Source: Nitrospirota bacterium (GTDB lineage: Bacteria; Nitrospirota; Nitrospiria; SBBL01; JAADHI01). Taken from it: 64,000 bases of DNA. Below the pieces are notes generated by a model. It did no database searches, was not told the DNA's origin, and worked only from the letters and a program-made list of their open reading frames with translations. The stretch is taken from the NCBI GenBank assembly GCA_029261155.1, contig JAJDBW010000029.1:1-64000 (forward strand), given 5' to 3'. Numbering within the stretch: the stretch's first letter is position 1; each line of letters begins with the position of its first letter. A program made the translations under genes and the position numbers. Shown here piece by piece: positions 9,897-18,754 of this stretch.

Positions 9897-9932
9897 GTTG
9901 GAGCCCGCCCCTGCAGGTTTGTGCAGGGGCGG
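9897..9932. other. Perfect 15-bp inverted repeat hairpin (GAGCCCGCCCCTGCA-ggtttg-TGCAGGGGCGGGCTC)
   Basis: Read directly from the sequence. It lies between the 3' end of the fbpA-like gene and the start of the secreted hypothetical gene, both on the minus strand. It is a possible terminator or regulatory hairpin. Confidence 0.5.
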
Positions 9933-9974
9933 GCTCTGGAGTTCGGAGAGGGAGATAAAGCGCGTAAAACGTAC

Positions 9975-11027
9975 TTACTTATAACCCATCCGGTCCATCA
10001 ATCGGATCGCGGCCTGTTGCAGTTCGCCCGCCTTCGCCAGGTTGGCCTGGTCTTGCTTAAACGCACCCCAGGTGGACACTGCCGGGGCGGACTTTACTTT
10101 TGGGTTTGCCGGATATTCGAGGTTGTCATCGGCGAAGAGGTTTTGGGCCTCGGCGGATGAGAGCCATTCCAGCAGGCGCAGCGCGGCTTCAGGGTGTTTG
10201 CTATGCCGGGTGACACCGGCACCGGAAATGTTGACATGCACGCCACGGCCATTTTGGTTGGGCCAAAACAGGGCCAAGGGCAATTTGGGCTTGTCTCTGA
10301 GCAGACGCCCGTAATAATAGGTATTGACGATGCCGACATCGCACTGACCGGCGGCAATGGCTTCCAAGACTTGGGTGTCATTCGAAAAAACCGGCGTGGC
10401 CAAGTTCGCCACCCAGGCACGGACAACCGCTTCCGTTTTTTTCTCGCCCAGGGCGTGGATCATCATCGCCACCATCGATTGATTGTAAACTTTATTGGAG
10501 GTACGAAGGCAGAGCCGCTTCTTCCAAGCAGGGTCACCCAAGGCTTCGTAGCTGGAGAGGACGGAGGGCTTAACCACTTTCGAATTATAAACGATCGTTC
10601 GGGCACGGATCGACAAACCGGTCCAATAACCTTCGGCATCGCGCAGATGGGCAGGGATATTCGTTTTGAGAATCTTGGAATCGACGGCTTTGAGCACGCC
10701 TTCACGCGCCGCGTGCCACAGATTACCGGCATCGACCGTAATGAGGAGATCGGCGGGGCTATTCTTTCCTTCTGCCTTAAGCCGCACTAAGAGCGCCGCT
10801 TCCTTATCAGTAAAGAGTTCATACTGAAGTCCGGTTTCTTTTGCATAGCGATCGAGCACCGGTTTAATCAGGTGCTCATTGCGGGCCGAATAGATAACGA
10901 TTTTCTCGGCGGCGAATACGGGCGAACGCGGAAGGAAAAAATACGTAAGGCTCAGCAGACAGCAGAGACTAAGGCAGGCTCTAGAAAAAACATTCAAACG
11001 ACACATCAAAACACTCCTTTTCAACAA
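9975..11027 (-). CDS. Fe(3+) ABC transporter substrate-binding protein (FbpA/AfuA family)
   Basis: Has a signal peptide followed by the IVIYSARNEHLIKPVLDRYAKETG…DLLITVDAGNLW…GYWTGLSIRARTIVYN pattern typical of iron(III)-binding periplasmic proteins. Confidence 0.78.
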   Translation of the reverse strand: MLKRSVLMCRLNVFSRACLSLCCLLSLTYFFLPRSPVFAAEKIVIYSARNEHLIKPVLDRYAKETGLQYELFTDKEAALLVRLKAEGKNSPADLLITVDAGNLWHAAREGVLKAVDSKILKTNIPAHLRDAEGYWTGLSIRARTIVYNSKVVKPSVLSSYEALGDPAWKKRLCLRTSNKVYNQSMVAMMIHALGEKKTEAVVRAWVANLATPVFSNDTQVLEAIAAGQCDVGIVNTYYYGRLLRDKPKLPLALFWPNQNGRGVHVNISGAGVTRHSKHPEAALRLLEWLSSAEAQNLFADDNLEYPANPKVKSAPAVSTWGAFKQDQANLAKAGELQQAAIRLMDRMGYK

Positions 11028-11230
11028 GGCATCTATATAATTTAGGATCGCGATTCTTCCTCGAAATAGCCTTCCATTTTTAAGGCCGAATTTTTCTTAA
11101 GAATCTCGCACCTTTCTTGATGGATACAGGAGATGAATCGGCCTTGTCAAGTGATCCCCCACCACTCATATTCCCTGCAGCAAGCCTTGAGCAAAAACGT
11201 CTTCTCTTGAACCGGTTTTGCGATTATCGT

Positions 11231-11908
11231 ATGATCGCCTATTCACTCCATCAACGAGGACATCACATGGCCGCCGCACTCCAATGGGAAGAGATTGCAT
11301 CAAAAAATTCACCGAAAACCACTGTGTTCTGCATTCACGGGCGCGGGGCCAATGGGGAAGACCTCATTCCACTTGCCGACGAAATCGATTTGCCCGATAC
11401 GCGATGGCTTTTCCCGCATGCCCCCTTTCCCTGCCCAGGGCTGCCCGGCGGACGAATGTGGTTTGGCACCGCTGCCGAGGGTTTAGCCGGTATCGAAAAC
11501 AGCCGCACCTTGTTAATTGCCCTCATCGATCTTGTAATTCAAAACGGCCCAAACCCCGCTGAAAAACTGGTGCTGCTCGGTTTTTCTCAAGGCGCGGTCA
11601 TGGCCTTGGATGCCGGACTTCGCTATCCGAAACGCCTGGGCGCCATCACGGCCTTGAGCGGTTTTTTGGCTCGACCCGAAACCCTTCACGATGAGAGGTC
11701 GGAGGCCTCGAAAACCCTTCCCATATTATTGGTTCATGGCACGGAGGACGAGATCGTTACCGTTGACGGCTCCCGTAAGGCCCGCGAAACCCTAGCGGCC
11801 GAAGGCTACGAGGCTCAACTCAAGGAATACCCCATGGGTCATCAGATCGTTCAAGAAGAAATTAATCTCATCCGGACCTTTCTGATGGACAAGCTGGATC
11901 TGACTTGA
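11231..11908 (+). CDS. Phospholipase/carboxylesterase-family alpha/beta hydrolase
   Basis: Carries FCIHGRGANGEDL…GFSQGAVMALDAG…LLVHGTEDEIV…GH, the pfam02230-like Ser/Asp/His arrangement. The start is uncertain (11117, 11231 or 11267). Confidence 0.72.
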   Translation: MIAYSLHQRGHHMAAALQWEEIASKNSPKTTVFCIHGRGANGEDLIPLADEIDLPDTRWLFPHAPFPCPGLPGGRMWFGTAAEGLAGIENSRTLLIALIDLVIQNGPNPAEKLVLLGFSQGAVMALDAGLRYPKRLGAITALSGFLARPETLHDERSEASKTLPILLVHGTEDEIVTVDGSRKARETLAAEGYEAQLKEYPMGHQIVQEEINLIRTFLMDKLDLT

Positions 11909-11963
11909 AAAAGCGGAACGACCAAAGGTCCCTCGAATTTGATGGGTTGAATCGGATGAGAGG

Positions 11964-12221
11964 ATGAAGGCGATGGTGCTAGAAAAAGTGGGCGCGCCGC
12001 CGGCCTTTTCCTATGATCTGCTCTGGGGCGAACGGCAGATTCGCTCCGTCGCCAATCTCACGCGGCAAGACGGCATCGATTTTTTTAAAATCGCTCCAAA
12101 AGTACCGGTCATCGCGGAGATCAAAACCTTCCCCCTCGAAGCCGCCGATGTGGCCTTGGACCAATTGAAAACGGGGGAAATCCAAGGGGCAGCCGTTCTG
12201 GTGATGAGGGGCAAATCATAA
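11964..12221 (+). pseudogene. Zn-dependent alcohol dehydrogenase remnant (in-frame internal deletion)
   Basis: The 85-aa ORF begins with an ADH-type N-terminus (MKAMVLEKVGAPP). It then jumps to the extreme ADH C-terminus (LLWGERQIRSVANLTRQDGIDFFKIAPKVPVIAEIKTFPLEAADVALDQLKTGEIQGAAVLV). The catalytic and Rossmann domains are absent. Confidence 0.5.
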
Positions 12222-12240
12222 AACAAATCGGAGTAAAGGG

Positions 12241-12492
12241 ATGACCCAATTTAAAAGTCGATGGAAAAGCGGTCTTTGTGCCTTGCTTGTCTTGGCCTTG
12301 AGCGCCTGCTCCAATCCGGAAGGAAAGAGCCAATCGCTCTTCGAGACCGCCCAATTCGAAGAACAGCAGCATAATTTTAAACACGCCGGACAACTTTACA
12401 AGGAGATCCTCGAAGACTTTCCCGAATCTTCCATCGCACCAAAGGCAAGGGAACGTCTTGAGGCCATCGAAAAAAACCTTCTGCCCCAGTAA
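12241..12492 (+). CDS. Small lipoprotein (hypothetical)
   Basis: Has a signal peptide with a lipobox (LALSACS). 83 aa. Confidence 0.5.
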   Translation: MTQFKSRWKSGLCALLVLALSACSNPEGKSQSLFETAQFEEQQHNFKHAGQLYKEILEDFPESSIAPKARERLEAIEKNLLPQ

Positions 12493-12609
12493 GGAGTTGA
12501 CAATCGCGAGGACCGGATATACCCTGATGCACGGTTTGACGACGGGCATCGACATGAAAGAGTACGATATGCGTTCATTATGTGATGGTGGTGAAAATGG
12601 GGCGATTCA

Positions 12610-13449
12610 GTGACGCGCCAGGCGCTTGGAAAAGGCTTAGGACTTTCGGCCCTGGTCCCTACGGAAGACAAAGGCCGGGATGGTGTCTTGGAGATCAATG
12701 TTGCCGACATTGGGCCAAATCGCTTTCAACCGCGCCAGGTCTTCAATAAAAAAGCGCTCGAATCCTTGGCCGCCTCCCTAAAAAGCAATGGCCTGATCCA
12801 ACCGATTGTGGTGCGAAAGGGCGAAGCAGGGGCCTACGAGCTGATTGCGGGAGAACGCCGCTGGCGGGCCGCCCAAATGGCCGGGTTTCTAAAAATTCCG
12901 GCCATCGTTAAATCAGCCGAAGATCGGCAGCTGATGGAATGGGCCCTGCTCGAAAACCTTCAACGCGAGGACCTCAACCCCATCGAAAAGGCCCAGGCCT
13001 ACGAACGCTTGATTTCTCAATTTTCACTAAAGCAGGAGGCCATTGCTGAACGCATGGGCATCGACCGATCCTCCGTCTCCAATTTCCTCCGCCTCCTCCA
13101 ACTCCCCAAAGAATTGTGGAACGAAATCGCCGGAGGGCGCTTAAGCATGGGCCACGCCAAAGCGATTTTATCTTTGGACAAAAAGGCCGCGCAATTATCC
13201 TTGGCGGCTGAAATTGTCGCAAAAAAAATGAGCGTCCGCCAAGCCGAAAAGGCCGCGCAGACACTGAAAAAAGGACAGGCAAAAAAATCGGCCCAGCCGA
13301 CAACACCGGAAGTCTCGATGCTAGAAGAGCGACTCCGTCAAACACTGGGCACCAAGGTCCGGCTCATCCCCCATGGCAAGGGCGGGGAGATTCGCGTGAC
13401 CTATTATAGCTTGGATGATTTAGACCGTATTTTGGAGACCCTGTCTTAA
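12610..13449 (+). CDS. parB: ParB/Spo0J-family chromosome partitioning protein (no adjacent parA)
   Basis: Has N-terminal GKGLGLSAL and the ParB box GERRWRAA. The HTH region (AIAERMGIDRSSVSNFLRLLQLP) precedes a C-terminal dimerisation region. The start is GTG. Confidence 0.87.
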   Translation: MTRQALGKGLGLSALVPTEDKGRDGVLEINVADIGPNRFQPRQVFNKKALESLAASLKSNGLIQPIVVRKGEAGAYELIAGERRWRAAQMAGFLKIPAIVKSAEDRQLMEWALLENLQREDLNPIEKAQAYERLISQFSLKQEAIAERMGIDRSSVSNFLRLLQLPKELWNEIAGGRLSMGHAKAILSLDKKAAQLSLAAEIVAKKMSVRQAEKAAQTLKKGQAKKSAQPTTPEVSMLEERLRQTLGTKVRLIPHGKGGEIRVTYYSLDDLDRILETLS

Positions 13450-13491
13450 CGCGGCCTGCGAAAGGGCATGGCGGGAAAGGGTAGAGACTGA

Positions 13492-13857
13492 ATGGCACGT
13501 AAAGAATTGTCCGACGACGATATTGCCGCCTTTCTGGGAAAAGGCACCTCGTTTAAAGGGGTGATCACCTATAACGGCAGTATTCGTATTGACGGAAAGG
13601 TCGAAGGCGAAATTATTTCGCAGGGGGCTTTAATTGTGGGAGAATCCGCTGTGATTGAAGCCGATATTTCAGTCGGCACCATCGTTTGCGCCGGAAAGAT
13701 TTCAGGCAATGTCCAGGCCAGCGGCAAAGTTCATTTGCAATCGACGGCCTCATTAAGCGGATCAATCAACACCCCCGATCTCATCATCGATCAAGGGGTC
13801 GCCTTTAACGGCCAATGTGAAATGAAGAAACCTGCCGGCAAAAAAGAGCGGGAGTAG
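13492..13857 (+). CDS. Bactofilin (DUF583) cytoskeletal protein
   Basis: Has the repetitive beta-helical pattern (G.I.G.V.G…) typical of bactofilins. 121 aa. Confidence 0.82.
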   Translation: MARKELSDDDIAAFLGKGTSFKGVITYNGSIRIDGKVEGEIISQGALIVGESAVIEADISVGTIVCAGKISGNVQASGKVHLQSTASLSGSINTPDLIIDQGVAFNGQCEMKKPAGKKERE

Positions 13858-13877
13858 TTGCAGATCCACAACGACAA

Positions 13878-14978
13878 ATGAAACAAACAACTCAAAATAA
13901 AAAACGGGTGGTCGTCGGCATGAGCGGAGGGGTCGATTCGGCCGTAACTGCGGCGCTTCTGAAAGACCAAGGTTACGAGGTTATCGGCCTCACGCTAACG
14001 CTCTGGAAGGATGAGCACGAAGAAGAAAAGTCTTGGCAAGACCGGTCCTGCTGCAAAATCGGCCTGGCGCGGCATGTCGCAAAAACGCTGGCCATTCCGC
14101 ATTATGCGATCAACATTCAAACGGAATTTCAACAAGAGATCATCGACGATTTTTGCGACACCTACTTGCTCGGTCAAACGCCCAACCCCTGCGTCCGTTG
14201 TAACGAACGCATGAAGTTTGGGCACCTCTTAAAAGCGGCCGCGCGACTCAAGGCCGACTATTTCGCCACGGGACACTACAGCCGCATTCAATGGCATCCC
14301 CACAACAATCGCTATTCCCTGCTGAAGTCTTCCAACCTCGAAAAAGATCAGAGCTATTTTTTGTATCGCCTGAATCAGGCTCAGCTTTCACGCACCCTTT
14401 TTCCGCTGGGCGAGATGACAAAAGAAGCCGTCTACAAGGTCGCGGCCGATCTGGGACTTCCCTATGAGGAGGTGCTGGAAAGCCAAGAGGTTTGTTTTGT
14501 GACCCAGAAGGATTACCGTGTCTTTCTAGAAGAAAACCGTCCAGAGGCGCATGCCCCAGGAGAAATCGTTAAGGAATCGGGCGAAGTAGTTGGCCGACAT
14601 GAAGGGGTGGCCTTCTACACCTTGGGGCAGCGGCGTGGACTCGGTGTGGCCCTGGGTGAGCGGGCCTATGTGACCCGCCTCGACCCAGCGAACCGGAAAG
14701 TCGTCATCGGGAATGAAATGGACTTACTCTGCGATGAATTGGTGGCCGAAGACATCGTTTGGGGTGGGGCGGATCTTCCCAAAAAACCGATTCCGGTTCA
14801 CGCCAAAATCCGCTATCGAACACCGGAGCAGGAGGCCCTGCTCATTCCACTTGATGATGGAAAGGTACGCCTGAAATTCAAGGCCGCCCAGCGTGGGATT
14901 ACGCCGGGCCAGGCCGTGGTTTTCTATCAAAAAGAACATGTTATCGGCGGCGGGACGATTTCAAAAGCGTCGACATAG
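13878..14978 (+). CDS. mnmA: tRNA-specific 2-thiouridylase
   Basis: Carries the PP-loop VVVGMSGGVDSAV. The catalytic Cys region is …CVRCN…. Confidence 0.92.
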   Translation: MKQTTQNKKRVVVGMSGGVDSAVTAALLKDQGYEVIGLTLTLWKDEHEEEKSWQDRSCCKIGLARHVAKTLAIPHYAINIQTEFQQEIIDDFCDTYLLGQTPNPCVRCNERMKFGHLLKAAARLKADYFATGHYSRIQWHPHNNRYSLLKSSNLEKDQSYFLYRLNQAQLSRTLFPLGEMTKEAVYKVAADLGLPYEEVLESQEVCFVTQKDYRVFLEENRPEAHAPGEIVKESGEVVGRHEGVAFYTLGQRRGLGVALGERAYVTRLDPANRKVVIGNEMDLLCDELVAEDIVWGGADLPKKPIPVHAKIRYRTPEQEALLIPLDDGKVRLKFKAAQRGITPGQAVVFYQKEHVIGGGTISKAST

Positions 14979-15026
14979 GGGGCGCTTAGACCCACCTCGA
15001 CAAAACCGCTGATCGGGATAAGTGAC

Positions 15027-15530
15027 TTGAAACGCTATCGCTTTCCTCTCCTCACCCAGCCTGTGAAGCCAGGGTTCGGCTTTACAAGCATCGTCATCGT
15101 CATTCTCTCTCTATTCCTTTATTCCTGCGGCGAAGAAGGCGAGACCGAGGTGCCCAGCGCCGGCACGCGGATATCGCAGGGCGGGTCCGTCACAGACTAC
15201 CTCAGTTTGGTCGATAATTTACGGGCCGCAGGTGCAGCGGTCACGCCGATCGATTCAATCACGCAGGTCTTCTTCATACCGAAGGGACAAGTAATTGAAG
15301 TCGATGGCCAGAATGTTCAGGTTTTTGAGTTTGAAAGTGCCGATGTCGCGAACGCAACAGCAAGCACGATTTCGCTAGACGGCCAGACCATCGGAGAAAC
15401 GCAGGTCGACTGGGAAGCCCCGGTTCACTTCTACAGGTCTGGAAGATTAATTGTGATCTATATTGGGGATAACGGGGACCTGATCTCGATTCTCGAAGAC
15501 GTACTCGGGCCGAAATTCGCGGGGGATTAA
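15027..15530 (+). CDS. Hypothetical lipoprotein
   Basis: Has a TM/signal sequence and the lipobox LYSCG. The start is TTG. Confidence 0.45.
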   Translation: MKRYRFPLLTQPVKPGFGFTSIVIVILSLFLYSCGEEGETEVPSAGTRISQGGSVTDYLSLVDNLRAAGAAVTPIDSITQVFFIPKGQVIEVDGQNVQVFEFESADVANATASTISLDGQTIGETQVDWEAPVHFYRSGRLIVIYIGDNGDLISILEDVLGPKFAGD

Positions 15531-15666
15531 ACGTCGCTACGCGCGTTTATCCCCCGTCAAATATCTGAATTTCTTTAGCATCCGCCTGGAAAGGCCGACG
15601 AGATCAATCACGGATCGAGAGAAGGCATTCGTTGTGTCGTCCGAGAGTGTATCGTCTAAATGAGGC

Positions 15667-16095
15667 TTAGCCGACGGCTTGAATTGCGGGCTTGATCGGG
15701 TCTTTTTGTTGGTGAATGGCGGGGATGGCCTCTTTTTGGACTTTTCCCATTTTCGAAGCCCCGTTAAATTGCGCCCCTTCCTCTATCACCAAGGAAGGTG
15801 TGTGAATATCGCTGCTGACAACAGAAGTTTTTAAGAGCTGTACCTTATGGTGAGCGGTGATCCGGCCTTTGACCCGGCCCCCGACGATAATGGTGTCGCC
15901 GATGACTTCGGACGAGACTTCGGCGCCGTCGCCTAAAATGAGGCTTCCCTTAACCGAAACCTTCCCTTCGACTTTGCCGTCGATCCGACCGGAACCTTCA
16001 AAACTGATCTCTCCTTTGATCTCGACCCCTTTTCCCATGTAAATCACCAGCTCATCGGATCCCGCTTTAACCGTTTCTTCTCTTCCAAACCCCAT
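15667..16095 (-). CDS. Bactofilin (second copy, convergent)
   Basis: Bactofilin beta-helical repeats (ISFEGSGRIDGKVEGKVSVKGSLILGDGAEV…). Confidence 0.82.
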   Translation of the reverse strand: MGFGREETVKAGSDELVIYMGKGVEIKGEISFEGSGRIDGKVEGKVSVKGSLILGDGAEVSSEVIGDTIIVGGRVKGRITAHHKVQLLKTSVVSSDIHTPSLVIEEGAQFNGASKMGKVQKEAIPAIHQQKDPIKPAIQAVG

Positions 16096-16308
16096 AATCG
16101 ACCTCCCTTATCATCTTAAGACGACTGCAAATACTACTCTTGAAAAATATAACCGAGTCCAAAATATTGTCAAGAAAAGGGGCTTTTTATGTCGATTTAG
16201 TTTAAAAGAAAGTAAGAAGACGAAGAAAATTCCCGTATAGGGCTTAAACGGTCAAAATTTATTAGGGACAAAATAATAAAGGTGAACGAAATGCTCCGAT
16301 TTTAGGGT

Positions 16309-16893
16309 CTAACAGCGATAGAGTTTTGGGAAAAGACTCGAAGGCGGGGCGGGTGTGAGAACACGGACCTCGGTTTCGTCGGAGGCACTGCGATATCCCA
16401 CGGTGATCCCATTTTTTTCCATATCCTTAAGGAGGGCTTCAAACCATTCGAAACCCTCCACACTGGCCAGAAAATGGTTGGCCGGAGCAACATCGGCTTT
16501 TTTGAAGGCCTCTATCGGCTTTCCACGAGAGGTCTCTAGCCAAGCCTTTTCTATTTTTATCGGGCTACGCTCGGAGGGTTCGGCCGGATTCACCTTATCC
16601 GCCGAGAACTTCATGAGCGTTATCCAGCGCTCTTTTTCTGAATCAATCGTCTGCTTCACTAAGGAAAGATGCATTGAAAGGAGGATGTCTCCTTGCGTCA
16701 GGCCGGAGAATTGAATATAACAGCGCTTCCCGCCCGACTCCCCCATGAGCACATCCGCCTGCCAGTCATAGAAACGGATCGCTTCGACCGAAAAAACGGG
16801 TGAGATAAAGAATAAAATCGAAGTGAGAACAGTCCCACAGAAAAATAGCTTTTTTCTTCCCAAAAAACGTGTTTTTCGATTAGAAATAGACAT
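16309..16893 (-). CDS. Hypothetical membrane-anchored protein
   Basis: Has an N-terminal TM helix (LFFCGTVLTSILFFISPVF). No known domain. Confidence 0.5.
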   Translation of the reverse strand: MSISNRKTRFLGRKKLFFCGTVLTSILFFISPVFSVEAIRFYDWQADVLMGESGGKRCYIQFSGLTQGDILLSMHLSLVKQTIDSEKERWITLMKFSADKVNPAEPSERSPIKIEKAWLETSRGKPIEAFKKADVAPANHFLASVEGFEWFEALLKDMEKNGITVGYRSASDETEVRVLTPAPPSSLFPKLYRC

Positions 16894-17099
16894 TCTATTT
16901 TAGAACGACCCTATTTCGATGCGAATTGAAAGCCCTCCCCCCTCTTTCGAGGGGTATTGACCTTCCCTATCATTTGAATTAAAGTAAGGAACTTTTTTTA
17001 CCTTATAAAAAACAATGAAATCAAGACCGCAAAGAAGGAGCCTGATACCGGTGATAAAGAAAATCCGAAGGGCTCTGACTTTTTTAGGGGACGCCGCGC

Positions 17100-18050
17100 A
17101 TGACTGAGCAGGCCATCTTTTTTCCAGAACCCGATCGCAGGAGCGGCTCCAGTTTTAATCGAATCCGCCGCTTTATCAATAACTATTGGTTGATTCCGGT
17201 TTTAATTTGTTATTTGCAGCTCGCAACCCAAGCGATCTACCCGGGCGATCCGCCTCTTGAGCGCCTTACGAAAGGCAACAACGCCTTTTTAAAAGGGATT
17301 CCGATCGCCTATAAAATCGCGACGGACGACTTCCCCTATACCTTGTTGGGTCATTTTTACGAAATCGGGACCCAGGTCCTTTATAAATCGCAGCTGCTCC
17401 AAGTGTCTCACGACGATATCAAGGCCGGACTCTCGGCCCCAGGAATGCAGACCGAACTCTATCGCCGACTCATTGCTTCCCGTACACACCGTGAAAGCGA
17501 ACTCGGCGGGATTTTGAGCCTTTCTTATTCCGATGGTGCGGCAAAGCTCCATTTTCACGCAATCCCCTCTCTCAATGAAGGATATTTGATCAAGCTACGC
17601 AATGCCATTGATTCTCCACGCACCTTTCGCCATCTCTTGGAATCGGAAGGGTATCAGGAAATCCTTGAGTCGGTTGGCATCCAAAAACGATGGGCAAAAG
17701 ATACCCTCTTTCTTATGCAAAATCAAAATATTCCCCACAAGAGTCGGCGAATGGCCACCGAAAATTTTGTCGATATGTTTTCCGCCCTTTCGGAATCACG
17801 CTACCTCCTTTCCCCCTATCAACTCAAGAATGCCCTCGGTAAACTTCCCCTTAAGGAACGATTTGTCGGTTTGTTCCACTTCCATAACGGCCTCAACGAA
17901 CCCCCCTCTTCAGTCGACACCCAGCAGAGCATGAGAAAAAGGCAAGTGGTCTTGACGGTCGCGAATGAAGGCTGGACCCTCTACGACCTGGTTCAACGCG
18001 AGGCCTCAAAAATAGACATAGAGATTGACAAGCAGATCAGGCTCCAATAG
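17100..18050 (+). CDS. Hypothetical protein with C-terminal JAMM/MPN+ metalloprotease-like motif
   Basis: Contains VGLFHFHNGLNEPPSSVDTQQ, which matches H-x-H-x7-S-x2-D with the preceding hydrophobic VG.F and following T/Q as in JAB domains (VGWYHSHPGFGCWLSGVD). The ~190 N-terminal residues are unassigned. Confidence 0.55.
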   Translation: MTEQAIFFPEPDRRSGSSFNRIRRFINNYWLIPVLICYLQLATQAIYPGDPPLERLTKGNNAFLKGIPIAYKIATDDFPYTLLGHFYEIGTQVLYKSQLLQVSHDDIKAGLSAPGMQTELYRRLIASRTHRESELGGILSLSYSDGAAKLHFHAIPSLNEGYLIKLRNAIDSPRTFRHLLESEGYQEILESVGIQKRWAKDTLFLMQNQNIPHKSRRMATENFVDMFSALSESRYLLSPYQLKNALGKLPLKERFVGLFHFHNGLNEPPSSVDTQQSMRKRQVVLTVANEGWTLYDLVQREASKIDIEIDKQIRLQ

Positions 18051-18095
18051 AATGGCGTGTTTATAAGGCGAACTGGAGAAGAAAGGGAAACATAA

Positions 18096-18551
18096 ATGAA
18101 AGTCATCCTCGCAGCAGATGTGCATCACTTGGGCCGCATGGGGGATCTCGTTGAGGTCGCAAACGGGTATGCCCGAAATTTCCTCTTACCGAAAAATCTG
18201 GCCACGACGGCAACCCTGAAAAATGTTCGTGCTCTAGAACACCAAAAGCGGGTTATCTCAGACCAAATCCGAAAAGAAGTGCGTTCTGCGGAAGGCCTTG
18301 CCAGCAAGCTTGGCGGATTGACCCTCAGCCTTGAAGCCACCGTCGGTGAAGAAGGAAAGCTCTTTGGGTCAATTTCTTCCAAAGACATCTCCGAAGCGCT
18401 CGCCGCGCAAGGCTTTGAGATCGAAAAGCGTCAGGTTCTTCTGGAAAAACCGATCAAAGAGGCAGGCGCGCACCATGTTTCGATTAAAATACGTCACGAT
18501 GTCAATGTTGAGCTTAAAATAGACGTCGTCGCCAAAGCAGAAGAACAATAG
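18096..18551 (+). CDS. rplI: 50S ribosomal protein L9
   Basis: Carries MKVIL…VHHLGRMGDLVEVANGYARNFLLPKNLA. Confidence 0.92.
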   Translation: MKVILAADVHHLGRMGDLVEVANGYARNFLLPKNLATTATLKNVRALEHQKRVISDQIRKEVRSAEGLASKLGGLTLSLEATVGEEGKLFGSISSKDISEALAAQGFEIEKRQVLLEKPIKEAGAHHVSIKIRHDVNVELKIDVVAKAEEQ

Positions 18552-18754
18552 GGCATCGTCCCACCCGATCTTTACAATCCGTTAGCCGATTGATGTCAAA
18601 CGTAAAAGCGTGGTGCAGTCGCTTTGAACACCAGGACAGATAAAGAATTCCTTCCTTTGTCGCTTCAAGATAAGGACGCTGCCGAGGACAAGGACGCGGT
18701 CGCTAAAAGCAGTCTTAAATCGCCGCTTATGCCTTCCGTCAAGGAGCACAGACG

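Noticed and set aside
10194-10790. 198-aa plus-strand ORF
   Set aside because: Antisense to the well-supported FbpA-like substrate-binding protein gene.
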